Shown: positions 1 through 14,036 of the stretch, in pieces
Layout: each line of letters opens with the position of its first letter
Position numbering within the stretch: the stretch's first letter is position 1
NCBI RefSeq assembly: GCF_006345805.1
Contig: NC_042998.1
Span: forward strand, 167,834,001 to 167,898,000
Length of the DNA: 64,000 bases
Source of the DNA: Octopus sinensis
Taxonomy: Eukaryota
Direction of reading: 5' to 3'
The notes under the pieces: generated by a model
Told to the model about the DNA's origin: nothing
What the model saw: only the letters and a program-made list of their open reading frames with translations
Database searches by the model: none
Made by a program: the position numbers and the translations under genes

Positions 1-624
1 CGGTTAAGTAAATAAACATCGTTTAAATTGCATTTTCAACCTTTTTTCATATTATATATATATATATATATATAATATATATATATATGTATGTATGTGT
101 GTGTGGTTATGTGCTTGTGTTTGTCCCCCCCACCATCGCTTGACAACCGATGGTGGTGTGTTTACGTCCCTATAACTTAGCGGTTCGGCAAAAGAGACCA
201 ATAGAATAAGTACTAGGCTTACAAAGAATAAGTCCTGGGGTCGATTTGCTCGACTAAAGGCGGTGCTCCAGTATGGCCACAGTCAAATGACTGAAACAAG
301 TAAAAAAGTAAAAGAGCGAGATGAACTTGATCTACTGTATTGTATCTATATCGTTATAGATACCACCGAATTAGTATCTGGTCAAAATAAACTTTTAAGC
401 CCTAACCAGGAAGAGAGAAAAACATGCGTGTACGCAAACTTAGACGTATATGAATGGGGAAAAAATTTGATAAAGAGAAAGAAGAGTAGAAAAAAAGAGG
501 TTGAAAAATGAGAAAACAATTGTTTAAAGCATTCTTTATAAGTGAGACAAAACGAAGTTAGGTTGACATACTGAGGTCAAAAGTCGTTATTACTGGCATT
601 TTTTTAGATGGTTTATTAACCATT

Positions 625-874
625 GTGGAGGCGCGTGGCTTAGTGGTTAGGGTGTGAGCACCATGATCGTAAGGTTGTGGTTTCGATTCCTGGACCGGGT
701 GATGCGTTGTGTTCTTGAGCAAAACACTTCATTTCACGTTGCTCCAGTCCACTCAGCTGGCAAAAAGGAGTAATCCTGCGACGGACCGGCGTCCCGTCCA
801 GGTGGGGAATTTCTACGGCACTGAAACCGGGAAACCGGCCCTTATGAGTCTGGCATGGCTCGAGAAGGAACATT
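625..874 (+). mobile_element. tRNA-derived SINE with a V-domain-like core (family C)
   Basis: A box tggcttagtggtt, B box gtttcgattcc, core cctgcgacggaccggcgtcccgtccagg. 13-bp TSD tttattaaccatt at 612-624 and 875-887. Confidence 0.85.
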
Positions 875-1339
875 TTTATTAACCATTACTTAAAATATTC
901 TTAACTAAAGAAAATAATGGCTGAAACGGGTAAAAGATTGTTTTGTGTGTGTGGGGTGTTCTGGTTGACTTTGTCTTGTCACACATTTTCTAGACATTAA
1001 ACGTAGTTTTGTAGAAAAATGTTTGCCTCCCAGCCACATGGTTCCGGGTTCAGCCCCACTGCGTGACACGTTGGACACCTTGTCATGCACTATAAGCCCT
1101 GGGTCAAACTTGTGAATGGATTTGGAAGACAGAGACTAAAAGGAGACCGTCGTATGTGTACTTTGTGTTCGTAACTCATTACCGCTTGACAATCGGTGTT
1201 TGTTTGTTTACGTTCCTGTAACTTAGCGGTTCCGCCAAAAGACACTGATAGTATAACTACCAGACTTAAAATAACATGTACTGCCCTCCAAGGCAGTGTC
1301 CCAGCATAGTTGCAATCTAATGCCTTGTGTGTGAGTGCA

Positions 1340-1370
<31 letters not shown>

Positions 1371-2265
1371 GAGCGTGCGTGTACGTGTCTGTCTTCTGGT
1401 TGACTTTGTCTTGTCACACGTTTTCTTCTGACATTAACGAGGCTGTGTAGAAAGAAGTTTGCTTCCCAACGCTATGTTCAGCCCTATTGCGTGACTCGTT
1501 TGGCACCTTGTCTTCCACTATAGCATTATACACCGTTAGTATATATACCAGCCTTAGGAAAAAATGTATTGTCTTCCAATCGCGTGCTCCAGCATAGTCG
1601 CAGTCTAACATCTGACTTAAGTAAAAGATAAAACATGGCCTTCATTCACAAGTCCATTCACAGAAATATAATGAATGAATATGTGTATTCATTTATTCTT
1701 TTTCAGATTATGGTCAGTAGAGTTTGGCCATGCTGGGGCACTGACTTCATACTTTTAGTCAACCATATCCACCCCAACACATTTCACTCTGGTATTTGTG
1801 TTATCAACCCCTCTTTCTCAATTGGCAACATAACTAAGTATAAAGACGCATAACATAAACACGAAACACATAGACACGCATATAAAAAAAAAGGCAAATG
1901 AAATACCTATTTCTTTACTACCCACAAGGGGCTAAACACAGAGAGATAAACAAGACAGACAAACGAATTAAGTCGATTATTTCGACCCCAGTGCGTAACT
2001 GGTACTTATTTAATCGACCCCGAAAGGATGAAAGGCAAAGTCGACCTCGCCAGCATTTGAACTCAGAACGTAACGGGAGACGAAATACCGATAAGCATTT
2101 CGCCCGGCGTGCTAACGATTCTGCTAGCTCACCGCCTTACTGCCAGAATATATAATCAAATATATGTGGCTATTTCTTTTATCATTAATCTAATTCGTAT
2201 TCTTTTGTTGGATTTTAACCATTGGACTGTGGTCACGCTGGATCAATGCCTTGAAGTGTTTAGTA

Positions 2266-2545
2266 CAGTGTTTCCCAACCAATTTTTTCCCCAGGCCCCA
2301 CTGTAACTTTCGAAAAAATTGTATGTCCCACCGGTGGTTGGAAGAAAAAAACAGCTTTATTTTTAATATCGTATCACAATTTTTTAACAGAAAAAAATTT
2401 ACCAGTAACTTTTCTATTAAGTATTGCGTTCAAAGAAAAGTACATTATTAAGACAAAAAGTGAATCATTTCAATGAGAATCTTGTACCTTGACTACGACA
2501 CCACGTCCCACCACAATCTTCTCAGGCCTCACCGGTGGGAATCCT
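2266..2545 (+). mobile_element. hAT-type MITE; a related 5' end lies inverted at ~8825-8932
   Basis: CAGTGTTTCCCAACC start. About 100 bp is shared in reverse complement with 8825-8932. Confidence 0.55.
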
Positions 2546-4461
2546 TGCTCTGTTCGATGGAACTGACTCCGGTCTGTTCCATCGAATACTGTTACGTATT
2601 CCATGAGGCTCCTTTTTCCGAAACTCTAATTTTGAAGGACGTAATAAACCAACTCTGCTTTTGAAGCAGTTAAACACAAAGACGCACGCACGCACACACA
2701 TACGTACACACACACGCGCAAACAAAAACACACATGACAGGCTTCCGTACAGTTTCTTCACTTCAAAAATCATTCAAAAATATTTCGTCAACCTGCAACG
2801 ACTTTGACATCTAAGCTGTATTTTAATGCAATGTTATACACAATTATTGAGTTCTCTGCGTACAATACCAAATGAAACTATATCAACACACACATTTCTA
2901 TATATGCCCACATACATACATGATATATGCATACATACATACATACATACATACATACATACATACATACATACATACATACATACATACATACATACAA
3001 AAATAAGCTTAACGCGTACATTTACATGGAATGCGAAATAGAAAGTACAAAATAACGAATATAAAATAAACGGAAGAAGTTATGGAGTGGTCTTATCTTG
3101 ACAGCTATTTCGGAGGAAATATGGTTTATGTCGTAGCAACCTTCATGCATAGCCAAGGCCCATGATGTCATAGGGTGTGGAATAATATAATCTTCAATAG
3201 ATCTATTGGGCGAAGCCAGGTTACCCTCATTGGGAAAATATGGCATAAAATCACACACACACGCACACACACATGCGCGTGCAATAGTTCGGTGGCGCGT
3301 GGATCATAGTTCGCATTCAATTCAGAAGAATAAGACTTATCTGATCAAAATAATTACAAAATACCAAGTAGACACTGTTATATAAATGTCTGTTCAGAGG
3401 CAAATGAGTGAGTAGGCCTTAGACGTTTTTTGATATCCATTTCAGCCCTCTGCATTCGGGTTCAAATCCCGCCCATGTGAATCTTTCATTTCAGCCTATC
3501 GGGGACGGTACAGGACCGACTCTTCTTTCTCTCTCTCTGTTAGTTTCTCGGGAAGAAATAGCTTGCATTCCAGCTCGGAGAGGGAGGGATTTTGCCTGAT
3601 TTGAAACACCCGGGACCAAGCCTTATTTTACGACAGCACCCCTAACTGAAGCATCAGACGTTAGGCCCCCACCTTATATTAATTCATATATACACAGTGC
3701 ACGCACGATTTTATACCTCCAGAAATTATACAAAAGTACATTTGTTTTTAAATATCTATGCTTTAACACACACACACGCACACACACACACACATACACA
3801 CACACGCACACACTCACATGCATATCTGTGTTTGAGCATGTGTACTTGTGTTTCTCTGAGTGAGTATGTCTATGTACATTCATGTATTATGCACGCATGC
3901 ATGTAAGTTATGTTCAACCATATCAGCATTTCATGGCACACAAGCATCTCATAATATATTTAGTTCCTAAATTTCTTCCCTTCACTGACTCTTGCATCCC
4001 AGAGCTATTTATTTATTTATTTACGTATTTATTTTATTTCTTTACTGCCGCTTTTTTAATGAGAAATTTGGGTGAACACCCCAATTTATACACTCCTTTT
4101 TTTTTCAACACTACTGATCTGTTTCGTAATTATTCAGTAATTTTACATTCCCTTCACTTCGTTTTACCAAAATAATCCTTGACTACTCTTTTTTGCTTTC
4201 TATCTCTGTTTCTCTCTTATCTTTTTAATCGCATTGCCTCCTTCCCCCACCCCCTATTCTCTTATAATCTTACCTCAAACTTCACCTTTATTTTGCATTG
4301 CCATCCAGATTGTTACTACACCATTTTCTCTTAAATAGTTTATCTTAAGAATCTCCTGTTTAATGTACGAATTTCTCGTTATAGAAAACCTTTCTATATC
4401 TTTCCTTTCATCTATCTATCTATCTATCTCTCGCACCATCTATCTATTTATTTATATCTCT

Positions 4462-4518
<57 letters not shown>

Positions 4519-4757
4519 CATCTCTCTCTAGCTCTCTCACCATCTCACCAGCTCTCTCACCATGTCTGCTAGTCTGCCTTTCTGCCTTTCTTTATGTGTA
4601 TATCGATATATTTTTAGCTATCTCTATCTCTCTTTCTTTCTCCCTCTCTCTCTCACTCACATATATCTATACATATATCTATACATACATACATACATAC
4701 ATACATACATACATACATACATACATACATACATACATACATACATGCATACATATA

Positions 4758-4791
<34 letters not shown>

Positions 4792-5910
4792 CATATACAC
4801 ATACATACATATATGTATTTTTGTTTGTCTGTCTGACTCCCAAACTTACCTGTACCAGCATATCTGGTTCTCGGCCTCCCTCTAACAGTGCTAACATTCC
4901 GTTATGTTTGTCTCTCCCACCACAACCGCCGTTGGTCATATCTTCAATGTAACTCATCTCTACAACAAATACTATCACCAGTATCACCAGTATCCCCCAC
5001 TAACACAAACCCTATCAACGCCATCACCAACACTGAGCGTTTCTTACCTTCCATCTTGCTACACACTCCCTTCCACTTCCTATCAATTACCATCTCTACT
5101 CGCCATTCCTATTATCTCTTCATTCAACACCGAAACACCCTCTACCACCATTAAGCATCACCAGCGCCAACCCTTCACAACACCGTTATGATTTTAGTTC
5201 TTCCTAAATGCCATGGTTATTTGCAATTTGTCTGTCATTAGTCATTATTCTCGTTCACTCATTCACGTAGATGTAATAGAACTGAGTGGATACAATCGTT
5301 TCTCTGTGTGTCTCAGCAAAATTTATTATTCTACTTTGCTCATTTTGACTCAATTCTTGATTAAGAACAGAGTATTCAAGGAAAGTTAGCTGGGATACTG
5401 ATGGCTAAGCAGAGGCTTATATTCTTGTTGCTTCATGATGTTTCTACAAAATACTTTCTTTTATCCTTTTACACGTTGCAGTTATTGAACTGACCCCTAT
5501 ACTAATTTTAAACCTGGTACTTAGTCTGCCTGTCTCTTTTACTGAACCGCTAACTTACGGATACGTAAATAAACTTACGCAGGCTGTCAAGGGAAGAGGG
5601 CAAAGGCAGACATTCACACACAGATAGCCACATATGTACACACTAATACACACACACACACACACACAAATAGCCGCATATGTACATATTGACACCACAC
5701 ACACACACACACACACACACACCACACACACACACAGAAATGGATGGAGGATTACATGTTTTTAATCAGCTTACGCACGTTTCGGATAGATGAATTAGTT
5801 CCGTGCTGTAATCACGCATATTAATCGTTTCGATATTTGATCCGCTAAGACTCTACAGACAGAGAGAAAGTAAGTACCCCAATCAAAGTTATTACACAGT
5901 TTTATACTAT

Positions 5911-5971
<61 letters not shown>

Positions 5972-5978
5972 ATATATA

Positions 5979-7102
5979 CAGACATAACAGAAGTAAATAG
6001 ACACCCTTATAAACAAAAATTTATTTTAATCTGAAATTATATATTCAAATTATCTATTAGTTATTATAATGTTAATATGTAATATTTAGTAGACATGTCC
6101 TTTGCATTTTTTAGTGCAAGCATCCTATAAGGGATCTTACTGATCAGATGACGAATATCCTCTCGGGGAATTTCTTGCAAGTTACAAACAGTAATCTCAA
6201 AAGCGTTCATATCAGGTGACTGGCTTGGCCATGGAAGTTTTTTAATGCTGTTCTTTTCCAACAAATCTTGGGTCTTTTTAGCCGTGTGGCAAGGAGCCCC
6301 ATCTTCTATAAATAAAGATTCTTCTTTAATCATATCATCATTGGAAAAGATTGGAAGGATTCCTTTCTGCAGTATAGACACATATTTATCTGAGTTTATG
6401 CTTCCAACCCACTCCACCAGCTCTGACTGACTATTGCTCCAAATTGCTCCCCAGACCATTGTTTCATTGTTGGGAGCAATCTTTACATCTCAAATTCTTG
6501 ATCACAGAGTCTCTATACCCACACTCGACCACTATCAGAAAGTACAGCAAATCTATACTCATCAGAGAATATGATAGTGTACTAAAAGGCACGCGGCTGC
6601 TCGATCATCTCAGTGGCCCAATCTTTTCTCCGCTTGATATTGGCAGGTTGAAGAAGTGGCTTCCTTCTTGTTACTCTGTCATAATAGCCAAGTTTGTGGA
6701 GATACATGACAGATGTTCTGCGACTGAAGTCGACTTGTTCTGCTATGTCAGAGGCTTTGCAATAAGGATTATCTTCCACACTTCATTTAACAAACAAAGG
6801 GTCCTGTCAGAAGGCCCTAGTCGAACTGGGCAAGTTGATGTGGGCTCCTTTCCCTCTCTGGTGAATTGCGCTATCACTCTATTAACTGTAGAAACGGGAT
6901 CCCAATGTTTTCTATGATTTTACATTATGTCCACTTTCGGAATGACTCACAATCCGGCCTCTTTGAAATTTGGACAGTTTGTATTTGGCATGATTAAAAA
7001 GTCACTTATAGAACCTGAAACATGAACATGTCCATTAAAAAATATATAAACCTTTTCAAGTTAAACATAAAACAATGTTTTATGGTGTCTAATTATTTCT
7101 GT

Positions 7103-7110
<8 letters not shown>
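5979..7110 (-). mobile_element. Decayed Tc1-family transposon (DD34E)
   Basis: Imperfect ~30-bp TIRs (cagacataacagaagtaaatagacacc at 5979; ggtgtctaattatttctgttatgtgtg ending 7110). The broken transposase ~6991-6064 includes RRKPLL, VMVWGAIW-like and EDGAPCH...WPSQSPDMNAFE, with 34 residues between D and E. Confidence 0.9.
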
Positions 7111-7147
<37 letters not shown>

Positions 7148-8022
7148 ATATATACACACGACGGGATTCTTTCAGTTTCCCCTCTACCAAATCATGTCAG
7201 TGGGTTTGGTAGATGGAAACCAAATCTACTCACAAGATTTGGCCGGTACGTTACTATAGTAGACACATGTCCAAGTTGCCACGCAGTGGGACGGAACTTG
7301 GAACTACGTGGTTGAGAAGCAAACTTTTTACCACACAGCCACGTCTGCACTTACGCATGTAGATATCGTTCACACGTGTTACTTTGTGCACACGAATGAT
7401 TGTGTCAATTTATCTTAACTGTTTACCTTAAAAACCCAATTTAAGAACAAGGTAGAAACTGCTGTTGTTTGTTCAAAGGATTGGAACATACTCAGAAACA
7501 AGTTTTGGCCTTCTTTTGGTGGCAAATGATAAAAGAGTGACTGAGGCTACATATACCCTGAATAATGTCCTATTCATTTCCCAGCTGTTGCTACCACTAT
7601 TGGCTGTTGCTATTGCAATAAGCCTAGCAATAGATAATGGTCACTATAAATTAATACATGTCATGCGGGACCTGAAATTGACACCAGTTGTGTGACCTTC
7701 GATAGCTTACAAATTTTACAGAAGTTCTAAGTTTGAAAATGAATTGTTTTGTTATCTGTTAGATTAAAGCAAAAAGGTTTTCCAAGAGAAAATGTCTGCA
7801 TACGAGATATTCCGGCACCGAAAATTCTCACGTACAATCTACAACTAAACAGAATTAATCTAAATTTGCGCCCATATAAGTAACGTGTCTATGAAAGTCG
7901 AAAAATCCTTTTTGCAGCTACCGAACAATAAACATATACAACAAGTGATTTTCTAACGCCTATTACACACAAAGAACCACACGGTCTCTTTTCGTCACAT
8001 AGGTACTCAGTTATTTCTCTAA

Positions 8023-8548
8023 TCTATATATATAAAATTCTAGTTGTGTGAGTGTCTGTCCCCTTCGATTTAGATTCCTAACTCCTCCCACATTTTGCGG
8101 TGCAGTTTAACCAAATTCGGGTATCTTATAGTCGTGATTCATATCGAGCCCGTCTGGCTATTAGCGCGCGTCAACGATGAGTCTACGATTTTAAAAATAA
8201 TTTAACATCATTTTTTTATTCCATTTTAATGCATAATCTTTCGTGTGTCAATGGCGGCGGAGTTGGCGGCGGAGTTGGCGTCCACGCTCACAGCTGCACC
8301 TGTTTGCTTCTCCCCCTTCTTCCCTCCCTCGTGAAGCTGTGGGGAAGGGAGTGTAAAGAAATCAACGTCGTAATGCATTGTCAAGGAGACCAGCGTTCTT
8401 TTAGAACAACGACTTCATGGCTTGAAGACACCAAAACAGAAATGGCTAAGAAAGCCCGAATTGGCATCTATAAGGGAAGTAACTCTCTAAAAATGCTTAT
8501 ATAGTTATTTCCCTTACAAACCCGAGCAACGCCGGGCGATACTGCTAG
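8023..8548 (+). mobile_element. Non-autonomous Helitron
   Basis: 5' A|TCTATATATATAAAA; 3' hairpin cccgagcaacgccggg followed by CTAG|T. No TSD. Confidence 0.8.
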
Positions 8549-9302
8549 TATTTTTTACATCTATTTGATTGCTGATGTTTGTGCCGCCAAAACTCAACTG
8601 AAACGACGTTACTTTCTTACTTCTAGCATGCGCATTTGCCTGCTTAACTATTTCTTCTCTTTAACTAGTTAGCTTTCTTCTCACCTTCATACTGAGGTAT
8701 TTACATATCTAGTAAACAAACTTTTTACACATCTAGCAACACATCTCACTATGAACCTATATTCTTCCCTAGCTATCTTGAAAATAGCTAAGGAGCTTAA
8801 TTAATATTTACTTACTATATAATCATAAAATATCACAAATAAAGTTTGTTTTTTTTCCCAACCACCGGTAGGACACACATTTTTCTCAAAAGTTATAGTG
8901 GTGCCTGGGGGAAAATAAGTTGGGAAACATTGCATTAGAGTTCATTAGAGTTAATGACTCTTACATATGAACAAATTCTTTATAGGAACAAATTCTTTGT
9001 AGCAACAAAGTCTATAAATAAATCCATGGCGATATATAATTAATTCGAGGGTATAGTAAGACTGTTAAAAGGATGTATTTATTATCAAATCTTAACATAT
9101 CTACAAAAACTATGCCCCTCCCTTAATCTTATTTACTCATGTAGTTATCTTGCAAAGAATGTTCAATCCGTCGCAACACCCGGGAAGCACTTACATATAC
9201 TGTATATTAAATACATATATACATAAATAATATATACAAACACACCTAAATATCTACACGCATACACATACATATTCTTGTTCATACACACATACATCAG
9301 GA

Positions 9303-9344
<42 letters not shown>

Positions 9345-9348
<4 letters not shown>

Positions 9349-10883
9349 CTAAATTATGTGTTTACTTACGTACCTATGTACATATATAGAAACAAAAATA
9401 CATAAAATGCATGCACTACAAAACAACAGCAACTAAAAGACTGCAAGCGACCATATTCACGAGCTCTGAGAAATAGTTTTCTTAACATTTTGCCATATAT
9501 AAGGTGGCGAGCTGGCAGAAACGTTAGCACGTCGGGTGAAATGCCTAGCGGTATTTCGTCTGCCGTTACGTTCTGAGTTCAAATTCCGCTGAGGTCGACT
9601 TTGCCTTTCATCCTTTCGGGGTCGATAAATTAAGTACCAGTTACGCACTGATTTCGATGTAATCGACTTAATACCTACATGTATGTATGTCCTTGTTTGT
9701 CTCCTTTATGTTTAGCCCCTTGTGGGTAATAAAGAAAAAGGTATTTCGTCTGCCGCTACGTTATGAGTTCAAATTCGCCGAGGTCGACTTTGCCTTTCAT
9801 CCTTTCGGGGTCGATTAAATAAGTACCAGTTACGCACTGGGGTCGATGTAATCGACTTAATCCGTGTGTCTGTCCTTGTTTGTTCCCTCTGTGTTTAGAC
9901 CCTTGTAGTTAGTAAAGAAATAGGTATTTCGTCTTTCTTTATGGTCTGAGTTCAAATTCCGCCGAGGTCGACTATGCCTTTCATCATTTCGGGTTCGAAA
10001 AATTAAGTACCAGTTGCATACTGGAGTCGATCTAATGGACTGCCGCCCTCCCCCAAAATTTCGGGCCTTGTGACTAGAGTAGAAAAGAATATTTTGCCAT
10101 ATATATAATATATATATATATATAATATATATATTTACTAAATTATGTGTTTACTTACGTACCTATGTACATATATAGAAACAAAAATACATAAAATGCA
10201 TGCACTACAAAACAACAGCAACTAAAAGACTGCAAGCGACCATATTCACGAGCTCTGAGAAATAGTTTCTTTAACATTTTGCCATATATAAGGTGGCGAG
10301 CTGGCAGAAACGTTAGCACGTCGGGTGAAATGCCTAGCGGTATTTCGTCTGCCGTTACGTTCTGAGTTCAAATTCCGCTGAGGTCGACTTTGCCTTTCAT
10401 CCTTTCGGGGTCGATAAATTAAGTACCAGTTACGCACTGATTTCGATGTAATCGACTTAATACCTACATGTATGTATGTCCTTGTTTGTCTCCTTTATGT
10501 TTAGCCCCTTGTGGGTAATAAAGAAAAAGGTATTTCGTCTGCCGCTACGTTATGAGTTCAAATTCGCCGAGGTCGACTTTGCCTTTCATCCTTTCGGGGT
10601 CGATTAAATAAGTACCAGTACGCACTGGGGTCGATGTAATCGACTTAATCCGTTGTGTCTGTCCTTGTTTGTTCCCTCTGTGTTTAGACCCTTGTAGTTA
10701 GTAAAGAAATAGGTATTTCGTCTTTCTTTATGGTCTGAGTTCAAATTCCGCCGAGGTCGACTATGCCTTTCATCATTTCGGGTTCGAAAAATTAAGTACC
10801 AGTTGCATACTGGAGTCGATCTAATGGACTGCCGCCCTCCCCCAAAATTTCGGGCCTTGTGACTAGAGTAGAAAAGAATATTT

Positions 10884-10889
<6 letters not shown>
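9345..10889. repeat. Near-identical tandem duplication, period 789 bp
   Basis: 9345-10100 is repeated at 10134-10889; the differences seen are single-base indels. (TA)n lies at all three boundaries. Confidence 0.9.
9502..10090 (+). mobile_element. tRNA-derived SINE family B (CORE-like, OR-type), three-unit array with one TSD
   Basis: Head aggtggcgagctggcagaaacgttagc, B box gagttcaaatt, and core gactttgcctttcatcctttcggggtcgat three times. TSD attttgccatatata at 9487-9501 and 10091-10105. Confidence 0.88.
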
Positions 10890-10919
<30 letters not shown>

Positions 10920-12497
10920 TCGTAATATTTATGGCGGAGTTCTGTTCCAATAAAACAGAAGTTACCTTAGAACAACCATTTTAGATCCCAACAGGCAACC
11001 GTTCAAAATGAGTTAGAAATGAGGTTCGACTGAATTAAGTTGCTGAAATTATCGTAGGTCAACATATAAAGGATTCCATGGTTCGAGGTAAGTAGAGGAT
11101 TGAAACAGTCGATAGTCACCTGATTGATAAATTTACTTCGGATATATACTCGCGCGCGCGCACGCACACACTCACACAAACTTGATCCCTCACGCACACA
11201 CAGACATGCGCAAGCGCAGATACAAAAACACGTATACACCACACCTGAGCATCCGGGCATATACTCATGCAAACACACATAATCTCTAATCCTTTGACCG
11301 ACAAAATATATTTTGTCGCAGTAATACTTAGGGATTAAATGCATGTTTACTCTCAGTGCATTATCTTAAGTGGCTTGGCAGTTTCTTTGACACGGGCACC
11401 TCCTGGAATACATGCGCGCACAACACACACACACATACATACATTTATATATATATACATAAGCATATACAGATATATATATATACACACACTAACGCAT
11501 ATACATATTCTTTATTCTTTTACTTGTTTCAGTAATTTAACTGTGGCCATGTTGGAGCACTGCCTTATAGAGATTTAGTCGAAGAAATCGACCCCGGGAC
11601 TTATTCTTTGTAAGTCTAGTACTTATTCTATCGGTATCTTTTGATGAAACACTAAGTTACATAAACAAACTGGCATCGGTTGTCAAGCGATAGTGGGGGA
11701 CAAACACACACACACATAAATACAAACACACATATATATATATACAACGGGCTTCTCTCAGTTTCTGTCTACCAAACCCATTCACTAGGCTTTGGTCGAT
11801 CCGAGGCTATAGTAGAAAACACTTGCCCAAGGTGCCGCGCAGAGGGACTGAATCCGGAACCTTGTAGATGGGAAGCAAGCTTCTTACTTCACAGCCACGC
11901 CTGTATCTACATATATGTTTTATATATAATTTGTTAATGTATAAATGCTGCTGTCTACATACATACATACATACATACATACATACATACATACATACAT
12001 ACATACATACATACATACATACATGCATACATACAAGCATGCATGTATTTGTGTGTACCTGTATATATTTACGAAAGTATATTTACGTGTGTATATGCGT
12101 AAATACTGAGAATTATGTATATGCACACATACACACATACACACATACACACATACATACACACATAAACACACATACACATATATAGATGTTGTAGTCA
12201 GAATCGGTAGGGTATCGGACAAAAATATCATGTTGTACTTGGCTAAGTTCTCCCTTTATTTTTCAAAGATCTGCTTATCATTTCATCCTTCCGAAGTTGA
12301 TAAAATAAATATAGTAGGGTCGATGTAATCGACTGTGCCCTAGAAAGTTGAACCCTAAAAGAAAATTGTGTTTGTTTGTATATGTAGCGTGTGTATGTAG
12401 GTTTATATATGTATGTATATGTGTGTGCTATACACATATATATGTATATATATGTACACATATTATATGCATATATATATATACACAAATACATATA

Positions 12498-12547
<50 letters not shown>

Positions 12548-12781
12548 CATATATATAATAATCAATATAGGGTGGCAAAAAATTTTGTAGAATTTTTTTG
12601 CCACCAGCGGCCTAGTGGGAAAAAATTAAATAGTCATAGACCATTTTTTTTAAGTTCAACATCACAATCAAGGAACGGCCATAATAGGCCATTCACCCAC
12701 TAGAAATAACAGCCAAAGCTTCAACCGCAAAATAACATTAATTCCGTAAACCAGGAGAAAATTAAAAAACCTTACCCTGTA

Positions 12782-12886
12782 ATTTCTTATACGATGCACC
12801 GTTTCATCTACTGTTTAATGGTAAACTAACTGATTAATTAAATCAAGCCAATCTTCCATAGGCCCTTAGATTCGTCAGTAAGAAAT
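12782..12886 (-). ncRNA. Type I hammerhead ribozyme motif, copy 1
   Basis: Minus strand reads ATTTCTTA-CTGACGA-ATCTA-[insert]-TAGAT-GAAAC-G-GTGCAT-C-GTA|TAAGAAAT: 8-bp stem I, CUGACGA and GAAA core, 5-bp stem II, stem III ACG/CGU, GUA triplet. Confidence 0.85.
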
Positions 12887-13261
12887 AGCCAGATCGGAAC
12901 AGATATTTTCACGAGGCATTTCTGTCCCTGCCTCGGCAATATCTGACCTAAAATTTTCAAATCATCGCACTCGCGCCAAATTTATCGGCAGCAAATAAAT
13001 ATAAGCCGCCGATTCCATTACGGAATTAACCAGAAAATTCATAATTAATCAATATAGGGTGGCAAAAAATTTTGTAGAATTTTTTTGCCACCAGCGGCCT
13101 AGTGGGAAAATATTAAATAGTCATAGACCATTTTTAAGTTCAACATCACAATCAAGGAACGGCCATAATAGGCCATTACCCACTAGAATAACAGCCAAAG
13201 CTTCAACCGCAAAATAACATTATTCCGTAACCAGGAGAAAATAAAAAACCTTTACCCTGTA

Positions 13262-13366
13262 ATTTCTTATACGATGCACCGTTTCATCTACTGTTAATGG
13301 TAAACTAACCTGATTACATTAAATCAAGCCAATCTTCCATAGGCCTTAGATTCGTCAGTAAGAAAT
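13262..13366 (-). ncRNA. Type I hammerhead ribozyme motif, copy 2
   Basis: Same core and stems as copy 1; small indels only within the stem II insert. Confidence 0.83.
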
Positions 13367-13551
13367 AGCCAGATCGAACAGATATTTTCACGAGGCATTT
13401 CTGTGCCCTGCCTCGGCAATATCTGACTAAATTTTCAAATCATCGCACTCGCGCCAAATTTATCGTGAGTGCGATGATTGAAAATTTTAGGTCAGATATT
13501 GCCGAGGCAGGGACAGAAATGCCGCGTGAAAATATCTGTTCCGATCTGGCT

Positions 13552-13658
13552 ATTTCTTACTGACGAATCTAAGGGCCTATGAAAGATTGGCTTGATTTAA
13601 TTTAATCAGGTTAGTTTACCATTAAACAGTAGATGAAACGGTGCATCGTATAAGAAAT
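13552..13658 (+). ncRNA. Type I hammerhead ribozyme motif, copy 3
   Basis: ATTTCTTA 13552-59, CTGACGA 13560-66, ATCTA 13567-71, TAGAT 13630-34, GAAAC 13635-39, GTA 13648-50, TAAGAAAT 13651-58. Predicted cleavage after 13650. Confidence 0.85.
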
Positions 13659-14036
13659 TACAGGGTAAAGGTTTTTTAATTTTCTCCTGGTTTACGGAAT
13701 TAATGTTATTTTGCGGTTGAAGCTTTGGCTGTTATTTCTAGTGGGTGAATGGCCTATTATGGCCGTTCCTTGATTGTGATGTTGAACTTAAAAATGTCTA
13801 TGACTATTTAATTATTTTCCCACTAGGCCGCTGGTGGCAAAAAAATTCTACAAAATTTTTTGCCACCCTATATTGATTAATTATGAATTTTCTGGTTAAT
13901 TCCGTAATGGAATCGGCGGCTTATATTTATTTGCTGCCGATAATTTGGCGCGAGTGCGATGATTTGAAAATTTTAGGTCAGATATTGCCGAGCAGGGACA
14001 GAAATGCCTCGTGAAAATATCTGTTCCGATCTGGCT

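Noticed and set aside
625-700. tRNA genes at SINE heads
   Set aside because: A and B boxes are present, but no full cloverleaf; they run directly into SINE bodies flanked by TSDs.
7419-7530. Frame ...KDWNILRNKFWPSFGGK* as a distant paralog of the 53760 exon
   Set aside because: The similarity is only a few residues, the acceptor is weak, and there is no nucleotide-level homology.
2266-8932. A 6.7-kb composite hAT element between two inverted 5' ends
   Set aside because: The flanking 8-mers differ (gtttagta vs cattagag), so these are two independent insertions.
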